NCBI GenBank assembly: GCA_015486845.1
Contig: WFQU01000020.1
Coordinates: 13,214-77,213, forward strand
From: Anaerolineae bacterium
Lineage (GTDB): Bacteria; Chloroflexota; Anaerolineae; JAADDB01
Direction of reading: 5' to 3'
Length of the DNA: 64,000 nt
The position numbers and the translations under genes were made by a program. Positions 23,003 through 33,046 of the stretch are shown piece after piece (within the stretch, counting starts at the first letter, position 1; every line of letters starts with the position of its first letter). The notes under the pieces are model-generated. The model was not told the DNA's origin, ran no database searches, and saw only the letters and a program-made list of their open reading frames with translations.

Positions 23003-23983
23003 TCACGCGCTGGATAAATACAAGCGCTCACTGCCAGGCAGGTTCCCCCGCAGGATAAACCAATGCACGCCCCGGTCCTGACTTTTCCAGAGCTTGCCAT
23101 CGTTGCTCAAAGCAAAAACAGCATACGGGTCGCTGGGCGCAGACGCGAAATCGACGATCATGGCCGGCATGTCTAACGATAGGCCATTGGTAATGGGCAA
23201 CCACGATTCTCCCCGATCTTCACTGCGATAAGCAACGGCCAAAGCACCTTCTACATCATACCAGTAACCGGCCGGCGTGCGAGCGCCGGCCGTCAACAGC
23301 ACCGGTTCTTCCTGACCATCCTGCCCCGCCGGCAAGCAGAGCAGCGGGACTAAATAGGGACGAAGCATTTCATACGCTACCCGATCCCAATTCAGCCCAT
23401 TGCTCTGGCTAAGGAAAAAACCGGCACCGGTGGCCGCGTAAAGACGCATAGGATCCATCGTATCAGGCCAAATACGGTGCACGTCATCGTGCAGGCCGTA
23501 ATTGCGCATTTGCCAGCTCCGTCCCGCGTCGTGACTGAACACAGCGCCGCCCATCTCAATAGCAGCCCATATCTCCGCAGGACGGCTGGGATTGAACACT
23601 AAATCGCGAACCAATGGTTCAAAAGGTGCGGCTGGCAACCACCACGCTTCCTGGGCAGAGAATTGCCGCAATGTGGGCGCCTCTTTCCATCGCTGGCCAC
23701 CATCCTCGCTGCGAAAAATCGCTGCTGGCTGGATACCTACAACAATTCGATCCGGGTTGGCCGGAGAGGCAGCCATCGCGGTCACCTTTTCTGCCAAAAC
23801 CGCTTGCCAAGTCAGTCCGCCGTCTGCAGAATGCAGCAGCGCATTTTCAGTACCGGCGAAAAGATGATCCTCATGTCCTAAAAAAGCGCTGACCGGCCCG
23901 GGCAAAAGGCGTTTCGGCGGCTCTGTTGCGCCGGTTAGCTTCCAAAGCCCCTCTCCGCCGGCCAAATAGAACCGTTCATGCAT
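23003..23983 (-). CDS. BNR/Asp-box repeat protein (beta-propeller)
   Basis: Multiple SxDxGxTW-type repeats: SADGGLTW, SEDGGQRW, SHDAGRSW, SEDRGESW and SQDRGVHW. The start at 23983 (MHERFY) avoids overlap with the dsbA-like gene. Confidence 0.7.
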   Translation of the reverse strand: MHERFYLAGGEGLWKLTGATEPPKRLLPGPVSAFLGHEDHLFAGTENALLHSADGGLTWQAVLAEKVTAMAASPANPDRIVVGIQPAAIFRSEDGGQRWKEAPTLRQFSAQEAWWLPAAPFEPLVRDLVFNPSRPAEIWAAIEMGGAVFSHDAGRSWQMRNYGLHDDVHRIWPDTMDPMRLYAATGAGFFLSQSNGLNWDRVAYEMLRPYLVPLLCLPAGQDGQEEPVLLTAGARTPAGYWYDVEGALAVAYRSEDRGESWLPITNGLSLDMPAMIVDFASAPSDPYAVFALSNDGKLWKSQDRGVHWFILRGNLPGSERLYLSSA

Positions 23984-23987
23984 GTTT

Positions 23988-24680
23988 TTACTTCCCTTTT
24001 TGCAATGCCGCGTCAATGGCATCCGCGAAAGTCTTATATGGCTGCGCACCCAAAATGAGTTTCTGGTCGATAAAAATAGTAGGCGTCGAGTGAACCCCAC
24101 GCTGCTTCGCAGCATCTTGAGCTTGTTGGATGGCCGCTTGATACTTCTGACTGTCCAAACAAGCATCGAATTGCTTAGTGTTCAGTCCCAACGCTTTAGC
24201 AAAAGCTTTCAAATGTTCGATATTGAACGCACCTTGATTCTCGCCGGCCTGACTATTGAATAATTTATCGTGATAAGGCCAGAATTTCCCCTGATCATTA
24301 GCACAATAAGCAGCTTCTGCAGCCCAAGCGGATTCCTGGCCCAAAAAAGCGAAGACATGGACGGTAAGACGCGCCTTGCCGGGTTTGACGTAATTTTCGA
24401 TAATCTTAGGGAGCGTGTCTCGTTCGAAACGACCACAATACGGACACTGAAAGTCTGTATAGACATCTATTTTCACCGGGGCCTTCGCGTTCCCCATGCT
24501 CATACCTGCCGGGGAAACAGCTTTGCCCACATTGTGTGGCTTTCCGCCCCACCAAATCAATGCTAAAACGCCGACGACTGTTACGACAATAACGATCCAA
24601 AAGACATAACTCTGTTTTTTCTTGCTTGCTTGCGGCTTTCGTTGGTAACGAGGCCGTTTTTTTGTTTTGTTTTTAGCCAT
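23988..24680 (-). CDS. DsbA-family thiol:disulfide oxidoreductase, membrane-anchored
   Basis: A Lys-rich N-terminus is followed by a TM segment, then the CPYC motif (FQCPYCGRFE) in a thioredoxin fold. ATG at 24680 has a GGAGGAGGG Shine-Dalgarno. Confidence 0.8.
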   Translation of the reverse strand: MAKNKTKKRPRYQRKPQASKKKQSYVFWIVIVVTVVGVLALIWWGGKPHNVGKAVSPAGMSMGNAKAPVKIDVYTDFQCPYCGRFERDTLPKIIENYVKPGKARLTVHVFAFLGQESAWAAEAAYCANDQGKFWPYHDKLFNSQAGENQGAFNIEHLKAFAKALGLNTKQFDACLDSQKYQAAIQQAQDAAKQRGVHSTPTIFIDQKLILGAQPYKTFADAIDAALQKGK

Positions 24681-24689
24681 TATCCCTCC

Positions 24690-25140
24690 TCCGAAAATAA
24701 GCTTCTCTGGAGGGTAGCCGAGGGCAAAGCCCTCGGCTACCCTCTCCTCCGAAAAATAGAACGCTAACCAACGGCGTTCTCCGCCCGACCGCACGGGGAT
24801 CAAATCCCCGTGCTACATCGCCAAGAAGCCCCCTGAAAGGGGGATAGTGTTGAACAGCCGCTTGGCAGCGAATGCTACCTTGACGCACCCCGCCGGCGTA
24901 CCGGAATCGAGGCTTTAGCCGGTGGTAGCCCCACCAACCCATCTAAAGGCTTGACGCCAGCTGCATTATCTTCATCCGCTGTGGTGCGCCGCAGGCCCAT
25001 GCCGACTCCTCCGAAAATAGAACGCTGAAAATAAGACCTCTCCCCTGGCTTACCGCCCAAAGGGGCAGCAAGCCTGCCCCTCCCCGTATCGGGGAGGGGC
25101 AAAAGCTAAGCGCAGCGCAGCTTGGGGGAGAGGTCTCCCC
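24690..25140 (+). repeat. R2 mosaic repeat, copy 1 (multi-hairpin modules)
   Basis: About 450 nt that match the reverse complement of 54755-55395 module by module. Shared modules include GGCGTTCTCCGCCCGACCGCACGGGGATCAAATCCCCGTG, GGCTTTAGCCGG...CCCATCTAAAGGC and GACCTCTCCCC...CCCTCCCCGTATCGGGGAGGG...GGGGAGAGGTC. Confidence 0.75.
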
Positions 25141-25644
25141 ATAGCACGGCTTCCCAAATCTGCGAACCCCAACCTCGTCCAAAGACCTCTATCATTATAC
25201 CATAAGGGCTAAACCCGCAACATATCCACAGTCGAATAACTTGCCACCAGTCCAAAACAATGCTATACTGTTTTTGTTTATAGGTGGGCATTAACGCCCA
25301 CGATACATTGCCTTAATGGCAAAGTCCTCACCGTGTTTAGCATTTTTATCTTCAGCGAAAGGAGGTGCAGCAGAAAGACGGCTTGGCTAATGACAGCAAG
25401 AGCGAGGTTTGCGCGTGCCCCAGGCTGGCAATCAATTTTTCTTGATGACTGTTTTCCTCGCATAATAGCAATAATTCATTCACATAGACACGTACGGCTG
25501 TGCATGCGGTTTCGGCGGTAATGCCCACTAACGGAAAGCGAAGATCGTCGTTATTGGCTCTGCTCCAGAGCACAAAACAACGGTTTTCCCGTTAATGACC
25601 GAAAAGTTCTGGTGAACAGCTCGTACAACAAGGAGCAAAACAAA

Positions 25645-26745
25645 ATGGCGGGTGTTGTTTACAAACATGTTTATAAAAAGTTCGGTAATGTGACGGCTGT
25701 CAACGATTTGAACATCGAAATCGCTGACAAAGAATTCCTCGTGTTTGTCGGCCCTTCCGGCTGCGGTAAAACGACTTCATTGCGTTTGTTAGCCGGCCTG
25801 GAAGAAATTACCTCCGGCGATATTTTCATCGGCGATAGGTTAGTCAACGATGTGCCACCAAAAGATCGGGACATCGCCATGGTTTTCCAGTCTTACGCAC
25901 TTTATCCTCACATGACGGTCTTCGACAACATGGCGTTTGGCTTGAAATTGCGCAAGACGCCCAAAGACGAGATTGTTCGTCGTGTTAAGAATGCTGCAGA
26001 GGTTCTAGGGATCGAGATGCTATTAGATCGCAAGCCGAAACAGCTTTCCGGCGGCCAACGCCAGCGCGTGGCAGTGGGCCGGGCTATCGTTCGCCAACCC
26101 AAAGTGTTTCTTTTTGATGAGCCCCTCTCTAACTTGGATGCTAAATTGCGCGTCCAGACACGCTCGGAGCTAAGCAAATTACACAAACGGCTGGCTACAA
26201 CTTTCATCTACGTGACCCATGATCAGGTAGAAGCTATGACCATGGCCACCCGTATTGCCGTCATCCGGGATGGCATCTTACAACAAGTCGCACCGCCGCA
26301 GGAGCTATACGACCATCCGACTAACGTTTTTGTCGCCGGCTTCATTGGCAGCCCTAGCATGAACTTCTTCGACGCCACATTGGTCGAACAAGATGGCAAA
26401 CTTTTCGTGAGTAGTGATACATTCCGACTGCAGCTGCCTGAAGATCAGGCCAAGATATTCAAAAAATACAAAGGACAGGAAGTCATTTTCGGCATTCGCC
26501 CTGAAGATATTCACGCCCGACCGTATTTGCCGTCGGGCGTAGTAAGCGCAGAAATGAAAGGGGAAGTAGACGTCACCGAGTTAATGGGCAACGAAATCTT
26601 TCTCTATATGCTGACAGGCAAGAAACCCTTCATTGCTCGGGTTGACCCACGTGTCAGGGTAACGGCGGGAGATGTCGTAGACCTATCGGTTAACATGAAA
26701 AACGTCCATTTGTTCGATACGAAAACCGAAAAGGCTCTGAAGTAA
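25645..26745 (+). CDS. ABC transporter ATP-binding protein, MalK/UgpC-type sugar importer ATPase
   Basis: Walker A GPSGCGKTT, signature LSGGQRQR, Walker B LFDEPLSNLD and a C-terminal TOBE-like domain. Confidence 0.85.
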   Translation: MAGVVYKHVYKKFGNVTAVNDLNIEIADKEFLVFVGPSGCGKTTSLRLLAGLEEITSGDIFIGDRLVNDVPPKDRDIAMVFQSYALYPHMTVFDNMAFGLKLRKTPKDEIVRRVKNAAEVLGIEMLLDRKPKQLSGGQRQRVAVGRAIVRQPKVFLFDEPLSNLDAKLRVQTRSELSKLHKRLATTFIYVTHDQVEAMTMATRIAVIRDGILQQVAPPQELYDHPTNVFVAGFIGSPSMNFFDATLVEQDGKLFVSSDTFRLQLPEDQAKIFKKYKGQEVIFGIRPEDIHARPYLPSGVVSAEMKGEVDVTELMGNEIFLYMLTGKKPFIARVDPRVRVTAGDVVDLSVNMKNVHLFDTKTEKALK

Positions 26746-26759
26746 TACCACAGAGGCGG

Positions 26760-27060
26760 TCCAGGTAGGGGAGGGGCCAGCCGGTCTCTCCCCTACTGCG
26801 CGCTTAGTGGTCGTCTATGAGTTACCTTCCAATTTAGACGTTGAACTTCTAAATCGGAAAAATTGTATCTTCTCAATAACTTGGAGGGCCCCCCAGCCCC
26901 CAACTGGGTGAGTAAAGGGACATGACGTTCTATTCACCCCGGAATATTGAGAAGATACGAAAAAATTTAAGTTAACATTTTATCACGCGTTTAGCGAAGG
27001 GAAATCAAAGCGCCCATGAGGGAGATTGCTTTCGTCGCTTCGCTCCTCGCAATAACAACT
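26760..27060. repeat. R2-related partial repeat modules
   Basis: GTAGGGGAGGGGCC...CTCCCCTAC hairpin; TCGTCGCTTCGCTCCTCGCAATAAC and GACGTTGAACTTCTAAATCGG resemble the insertion segment of R2 copy 2 (55040-55240). Confidence 0.45.
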
Positions 27061-27268
27061 AGCAGGGAACCTATGCCGCCACGTCTTAGCGAACCGGCAG
27101 ATCAGCAACAGTATTATGCATAAACTATTTGTCCTGCTAATTTTCTGCTGCGCCGATTCGCTAAATTAGTTTTCTTTGTGGCTTCGCGTTAGGCTTTTGG
27201 GTGATAGTCTAGTCACCTAAATGGGCGCCACATCATGTACGGTAGATGTCACCGTCTCTTGGAGCATT

Positions 27269-28891
27269 ATGGCGACTGATTCGAAAACAGCAGCGCTCTT
27301 GGAAAGTGAACAGGAGAAAAGTCTGGCATTCTCGCTCTCGTCTTCTGGCGAGCGGCAAATTGCTCGCGCTGCCGGGCTGGTCATGGCTTTTTTCCTGGTC
27401 AGCAAGGTTGCCGGCGTGCTACGCACGATCATCACCAGTACGCTGTTTGGCACAACTGGCGCCCTCGATGCTTATTTGGCCGCGTTTCGTTTGCCGGACC
27501 TTATTTTCCAGTTGGTTGCGGGCGGGGCTTTAGCCTCCGCTTTCATTCCGACTTACAGCACCTATTTAGCCCGTGGTGATCGGGAAAAAGGATGGCAGTT
27601 AGCTTCTGCCGTCGCCAATTTACTCCTTGTGGTCGTAGCCGCTGTGGGGTTAGTGGCGGCAATCTTCGCGCTGCCCTTAGTCCAATACGTCATCGCACCC
27701 GGTTTCACGCCTGTCCAACAAGCACTGACAGCTTCCCTGCTGCGCTATTTGCTCATTTCGACAGCCATATTCAGCGTCAGTGGTTTAGTTATGGGCATTC
27801 TCAATGCCCATCAACATTTCTTTTTGCCAGCATTAGCGCCGGTGCTTTATAACGTGGCCATCATCCTGGCCGCCTGGTTCTGGCACCAACAATATAGCGT
27901 AGCGTCCCTCGTCTTCGGCGTTATCATCGGCGCCATCCTGCATTTCGCTATCCAGTTACCCGGTCTCTATCGACTTCATTTCCATTACTACCCCATCCTC
28001 TCGTTGCGAGATGCCGCCGTGCGCAAGGTCATGAAGCTGATGGCGCCACGGGTGGCAGGATTAGCCGCTGTGCAATTGACCTTTTTGGTCAATACAATCT
28101 TAGCCAGCGATCTGCCGACCGGTAGCTTAGCGGCGCTTAATTACGCTTTCTTACTCATGTTACTGCCGCAAGGTATTTTCGCTCAGGCGGTAGGAACAGC
28201 CGCTTTCCCTACTTTTGCCGCGCAGGTGGCGCGCGGGGAAATGGACGCGATGCGACGGGCCTTTCAAAGGACATTGAGCAATGTGCTCTTTTTAACGCTG
28301 CCGGCCACAGCTATTCTGTTTGTTTTCCGCTACCCCATCATCCAGGTCTTGCTGCAACATCGTGCTTTCGACGCCCATTCCACTGCCATGACCGCTTATG
28401 CGCTGGCATTTTTCTCGCTGGGCTTGTGCGGCCATTCCGCCGTGGAAATCTTGGCGCGCGCTTTCTACGCGATGCACGACACAGCTACACCGGTGGCCAT
28501 TAGTATCGGTGCCATGGCGTTGACTGTGTTGCTGAGCCTTTGGTTGGTACATCCCATGTTGCAAGGCGGCTTAGCGCTGGCAACCAGCATCGGTGTGCTG
28601 CTGGAAATGTCCGTTTCGTTGTTATTTTTGTCACGGCGCTTACACGGCCTCGGCGGGAAAGCGCTGGCGGTTTCGGCCGGGCAGAACGCTTTGGCCGCTC
28701 TCCTGATGGGTGTGACGGCCTGGCTGGTGCTGCGTGCTCTGCCGACGCTTTCCCCCTGGTGGTCGGCGACCGTCGGACTGCTGCTATCTTCGCTGCTCTA
28801 CTTTGGCCTGGCCTATCTGCTAGGCAGCAATGAAGCGCGTTTTTGGTGGCACATAAGTCGAGCTAAGCTATTTCGCCGGGCTGAGAAGTGA
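27269..28891 (+). CDS. murJ: Murein biosynthesis integral membrane protein MurJ (lipid II flippase)
   Basis: The MviN/MurJ N-terminal pattern AAGLVMAFFLVSKVAGVLRTIITSTLFGTTGALDAYLAAFRLPDL, and about 14 TM segments in total. Confidence 0.85.
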   Translation: MATDSKTAALLESEQEKSLAFSLSSSGERQIARAAGLVMAFFLVSKVAGVLRTIITSTLFGTTGALDAYLAAFRLPDLIFQLVAGGALASAFIPTYSTYLARGDREKGWQLASAVANLLLVVVAAVGLVAAIFALPLVQYVIAPGFTPVQQALTASLLRYLLISTAIFSVSGLVMGILNAHQHFFLPALAPVLYNVAIILAAWFWHQQYSVASLVFGVIIGAILHFAIQLPGLYRLHFHYYPILSLRDAAVRKVMKLMAPRVAGLAAVQLTFLVNTILASDLPTGSLAALNYAFLLMLLPQGIFAQAVGTAAFPTFAAQVARGEMDAMRRAFQRTLSNVLFLTLPATAILFVFRYPIIQVLLQHRAFDAHSTAMTAYALAFFSLGLCGHSAVEILARAFYAMHDTATPVAISIGAMALTVLLSLWLVHPMLQGGLALATSIGVLLEMSVSLLFLSRRLHGLGGKALAVSAGQNALAALLMGVTAWLVLRALPTLSPWWSATVGLLLSSLLYFGLAYLLGSNEARFWWHISRAKLFRRAEK

Positions 28892-28970
28892 ACCTGAACT
28901 TGTGACTTACCGGCGCCCATGACGCCATGCATTATCCAGAACCACGGTAACGATCCATCTCTGGTCAAAT

Positions 28971-29070
28971 AGAACACGGATTCACGAAAACAAGTCGGAA
29001 AGGATTAGCGAAAATCAGCGTTTATCTGCGCCATCTGCGTCCTATTGTTGGGAAGACCAAGTAGTCACGA
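28971..29070 (-). repeat. R3 element copy C (between murJ and recF, antisense to both)
   Basis: Contains GACTACTTGGTCTTCCCAACAATAGGACGCA...GCTGATTTTCGCTAATCCTTTCCGACTTGT. It is the only copy not co-oriented with a downstream gene. Confidence 0.65.
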
Positions 29071-29215
29071 ACAACGTCTAATCAGGCATGATCTGGCAAG
29101 TGCATTCGCGATCGTGCCTATGAAACCGTCCTGCGTAAGACATCGACCTCGTATCCCTTGTTTTGCCTGCACGGGTAAATAGACCTAAAATGAGGAGGAT
29201 TTTATCAGCGGAGAT

Positions 29216-29300
29216 AGTAACTACTCAGCCCTGCGGCGATTGGCAGGCAACCTGCACAGGCAGGTTCAGCAACTATTGGCAGCGATTTCTAATCGCCGGA
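29216..29300 (-). repeat. R1 repeat, partial copy b
   Basis: The reverse complement reads GGCGATTAGAAATCGCTGCCAATAGTTGCTGAACCTGCCTGTGCAGGTTGCCTGCCAATCGCCGCAGGGCTGAGTAGTTACT. Confidence 0.7.
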
Positions 29301-29338
29301 TGCGGTAAGCTGAGCAGTTACCGGAGAAAAAGAGAATC

Positions 29339-30532
29339 GTGTCTTTGCAACAGTTGAGCCTGTACAATTTTCGCAACTATCGTCGTCTGGAATTTCGTCT
29401 TCCTCAAGGAATCATCACGATTCAAGGCGATAACGCACAAGGGAAAACAAATTTACTGGAAGCTATTTTCTATTTAGCAACCACGCGTTCCCCGCGCACA
29501 GGCAGTGATACAGAATTAGTACACTGGCTGGCTTGGGAAGAGGAACCCATTCCTTACTGCCGGATCATAGGACATGTGCAACAAGGCAAAGAGGAAGAAC
29601 GGCTGGAAGTGGTATTGACTAGCCAAAATGGGAAAAACAAAGGACGGCGCACTTTGCGCAAGCAAGTCAGCATCAACCGAGTAAACCGCCGTGCTTTAGA
29701 TTTAGTGGGTAGAATGCCCACCGTTCTGTTTTATCCCCAGGATATTGCCCTGGTAGACGATGGGCCGGCTATTCGCCGACGCTATTTAGACATCACGCTT
29801 TGCCAAATGGAACGCTCTTATTGTCGCACCTTGAGCCACTATAACCGGCTGATCACCCGGCGCAATGCTTTATTGCGTACGCTCCGGGATGAACGGTTTA
29901 TCGGCGACCAACTTGCCTACTGGAACGAGAAACTAGTGGAATGGGGCACGACGATCATGTGGGAACGCTACCACCTGTTAGATGAACTGGACGGCTTAGC
30001 CGGGGAACGACATCGCCAACTGAGTAACGGTGAAGAACGGCTACACTTGATATACCGGCCCAGCGTAGTTCTGTTGGAACGTGATGCGCCAGATGAAGTC
30101 CCTTTCCCATCAGCAATGAGCCGCGAGATGTTAGCGGCGGGATTTCGCCGGCAAATAGCACGCTATCAGAACGAAGAAATTGCCGCTGGCATGACCCTCA
30201 TAGGCCCCCACCGGGACGATTTTTCGTTCAGGGTGCAAGGGCGCGACCTGCGCCTGTATGGCTCACGCGGGCAACAGCGCACCGCTACCTTAGCGCTGAA
30301 ATTGGCCGAGGTAGAAGCCATGACGCTCCGTTTAGGCGCCATGCCGCTATTGTTGTTAGATGATGTGATGGCCGAATTGGATGCGCACCGCCGGGCGATG
30401 GTTTTGGGCAGTCTGGCTGAAGCGGAGCAAGTCATTATTACCACCACCGACTGGTCTGTTTTCCCGGCCAATTCGATAAAAGAAATGACCCGATACAGGG
30501 TTGCAGCAGGGCAAATTCTGCTTCTAACATAA
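29339..30532 (+). CDS. recF: DNA replication and repair protein RecF
   Basis: LSLYNFRNY, the Walker A GDNAQGKTNLLEAI and the signature-like LLLLDDVMAELD. Confidence 0.9.
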   Translation: MSLQQLSLYNFRNYRRLEFRLPQGIITIQGDNAQGKTNLLEAIFYLATTRSPRTGSDTELVHWLAWEEEPIPYCRIIGHVQQGKEEERLEVVLTSQNGKNKGRRTLRKQVSINRVNRRALDLVGRMPTVLFYPQDIALVDDGPAIRRRYLDITLCQMERSYCRTLSHYNRLITRRNALLRTLRDERFIGDQLAYWNEKLVEWGTTIMWERYHLLDELDGLAGERHRQLSNGEERLHLIYRPSVVLLERDAPDEVPFPSAMSREMLAAGFRRQIARYQNEEIAAGMTLIGPHRDDFSFRVQGRDLRLYGSRGQQRTATLALKLAEVEAMTLRLGAMPLLLLDDVMAELDAHRRAMVLGSLAEAEQVIITTTDWSVFPANSIKEMTRYRVAAGQILLLT

Positions 30533-30544
30533 GCGAGGAATAAT

Positions 30545-31525
30545 ATGACATCAGAGCCTTTGTACGTTACAGTAGATTTAGGTGGTACGCAGATCAGGAC
30601 AGCGGTCTGCCATGCTAACGGCACCATTTTACAACGCCTGGCCATCAAAACGCGCAGCCAAGAAGGTCGGGCGGCTGTCATTGCCCGGCTGGAAGAGAGT
30701 ATTCGAACGGTGATGGCGTCTTTCGCCTGGTCGGACGTTGCCAGCATCGGCATTGGCGCGCCGGGGCCGCTGGACCCGCGCCGAGGTATCATCTTCTTAG
30801 CCCCCAATCTGCCGGGCTGGAATAACGTACCCTTGCGTGACATCGTCCAGCGCACCTTCCAGAAGCCCACTTATTTAGGCAACGATGCTAACGTAGCCGC
30901 ATTGGGGGAATGGAAATTCGGAGCCGGGCGCGGCAGTAACGACATGATTTACATCACCGTCAGCACCGGCATCGGCGGCGGCATTATTTGCGGCGGACAG
31001 CTACTTTATGGGCATAACGGATTGGCCGGAGAAGTCGGCCACCAGACTATCGTTGAAAACGGGCCCCGCTGCAATTGCGGCAACCGTGGCTGTTTAGAAG
31101 CTGTCGCTTCCGGCACCGCCATTAGCAGGGAAGCCCAGGCTTTAGCTCGCACTGGCCACGCACCCTATTTGCTTGCACTGGCACAAGGAAACAGCGAAGC
31201 TATCGATGCAGCGTTAGTCAGCAGAGCGGCTATGGAAGGAAATCGCGTCGCCCAACGTTTATTGGCCAGTGCCGGCAACTATTTAGGCATTGCCATCACG
31301 AACTTATTGCACTTGTTCAACCCAGAATTAATCGTCCTGGGCGGCAGCGTGACCAAATCCGGCGATTACTTATGGCAGCCTATGTGGGAAACTGTTCGGG
31401 AACGCGCCCAGCGTCCTTATTTAGAGGATTTCGATATCGTTCCACCGCAATTGGGCGATGATGTCGGACTGGTCGGTGCACTGGCCCTGGCTCTCGATCC
31501 ACCTGCTCAACAATCCCCCACATAA
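30545..31525 (+). CDS. ROK family glucokinase
   Basis: VTVDLGGTQIR at the N-terminus, the zinc motif CNCGNRGCLE and the ROK signature. Confidence 0.8.
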   Translation: MTSEPLYVTVDLGGTQIRTAVCHANGTILQRLAIKTRSQEGRAAVIARLEESIRTVMASFAWSDVASIGIGAPGPLDPRRGIIFLAPNLPGWNNVPLRDIVQRTFQKPTYLGNDANVAALGEWKFGAGRGSNDMIYITVSTGIGGGIICGGQLLYGHNGLAGEVGHQTIVENGPRCNCGNRGCLEAVASGTAISREAQALARTGHAPYLLALAQGNSEAIDAALVSRAAMEGNRVAQRLLASAGNYLGIAITNLLHLFNPELIVLGGSVTKSGDYLWQPMWETVRERAQRPYLEDFDIVPPQLGDDVGLVGALALALDPPAQQSPT

Positions 31526-31932
31526 CGATAAAAACGATGTAACCCGCGGCCCATAGTCATTTTTTCTTTCCCCCTGGCTATGTTATACTGTCTTGGAATG
31601 TTGTTTCATTCCTTCAGGACAGTACCTTATCAACAGAATTCGTGGCTACTCAGCTTTCCTAACCAGAAAACGCAACTAAACGCTTGTTTCTCGCAGATCT
31701 CTTCTGTTCATCTACGGGCATCTGCGTGAAATCTACATAATCAGCGTTCTTTTCGGCCAGGGCTAAGTCGTCATCGAAATGCTTGTACGTTAGACAAAAT
31801 TGAACGCGAGGGCTGTAGAGAAGGCCAAGACACAAAGCGAGAATTATGCAATCCTTTGCATCTCAGTCTGGCAGCCACTTTGCGTCGCAGCCTTGTTATT
31901 TCCGACTCAACCAAGATCAGGAGCAAATAAAC

Positions 31933-33015
31933 ATGCAAATAGGCATCATCGGACTGCCTAATAGTGGCAAAACCACCCTATTCAACGCGTTGACCAGAGG
32001 CAAAGCAGAAACAGAGGCCTATGCTTCTGCCCAGATGGAAGTGCACACCGCCATCGTAGCCGTTCACGATCAGCGAGTCGATCGTCTCAGCGCTATGTTC
32101 CAGCCCCGACGCACGATTTACGCCACGGTACAATACAATGACATTGCCGGACTGACCTCCAGCGCCGAGGAGAAAGGGATGAGCGGACCGCTGCTCAACC
32201 AGATCAGCGCCAACGATGCGCTACTGCACGTGGTGCGTTGCTTCACTAATCCGTCGGCCCCCCACCCCGCCGGCAAAGTCGATCCGGCGCGCGACCTGGC
32301 TGCGCTGGAAAGTGAACTTTGGTTCAACGACTACCGCATTTTAGAAGGGCGACAAGAACGGCTACAAAGCCAGGTGCACAAAGGCGGCTCACCGCAGGAG
32401 CGGGAACAAGCCGCTAAAGAATTGGCCGTGGTGGAGAAGTTAATAGCCGGCATTGAGAATGAATCCCCGGCCCGCACGCTTACGCTTTCCTATGAGGAAG
32501 AAAAACGCATCCGCAGCTTTTCGCTGCTCACCATGAAACCGGAACTGATCGTTTTCAACATCGACGACGAGGGCGAAGATCCAAGCGCCGCACTAACACC
32601 GAATTACCCCGACACCACGGGGGTCGCTTTACGGGGCAAGTTAGAAATGGAGCTTGCCCAGATGGAACCGGAAGAAGCAGCATTGTTCATGGACGAATTC
32701 GACATCCCCGAGTTAGGATTAGATCGAGTCATTCACCTTTCGTACGAATTACTCGGCTTACAATCATTCTTTACCGTGGGCGAAGACGAAGTTAGAGCGT
32801 GGACTGTAAAAAAAGGCGCCACCGCCGTGGAAGCTGCTGCCGCCATCCACACCGATTTAGGGCGCGGTTTTATCCGTGCTGAAGTGATCCATTACAACGA
32901 TCTCATTGCAGCCGGTTCCATGGCACAAGCCCGCAAAGCAGGTCTATTACGGCTAGAAGGGCGAGATTATCCTGTGCAGGACGGCGACATTGTCCACATT
33001 CGCTTCAATGTTTAA
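31933..33015 (+). CDS. ychF: Ribosome-binding ATPase YchF (Obg-family GTPase)
   Basis: MQIGIIGLPNSGKTTLFNALT is the G1 motif, and the C-terminal TGS domain ends DGDIVHIRFNV. The upstream 29 codons of the ORF are unlikely to be coding. Confidence 0.85.
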   Translation: MQIGIIGLPNSGKTTLFNALTRGKAETEAYASAQMEVHTAIVAVHDQRVDRLSAMFQPRRTIYATVQYNDIAGLTSSAEEKGMSGPLLNQISANDALLHVVRCFTNPSAPHPAGKVDPARDLAALESELWFNDYRILEGRQERLQSQVHKGGSPQEREQAAKELAVVEKLIAGIENESPARTLTLSYEEEKRIRSFSLLTMKPELIVFNIDDEGEDPSAALTPNYPDTTGVALRGKLEMELAQMEPEEAALFMDEFDIPELGLDRVIHLSYELLGLQSFFTVGEDEVRAWTVKKGATAVEAAAAIHTDLGRGFIRAEVIHYNDLIAAGSMAQARKAGLLRLEGRDYPVQDGDIVHIRFNV

Positions 33016-33046
33016 AGCCAGCCAGCCTCGGTACCGCCAACGGATT

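Noticed and set aside
30166-30870. 234-aa minus-strand ORF
   Set aside because: Antisense across the recF/ROK junction. It is Arg/Ser-rich and typical of a GC-rich antisense frame.
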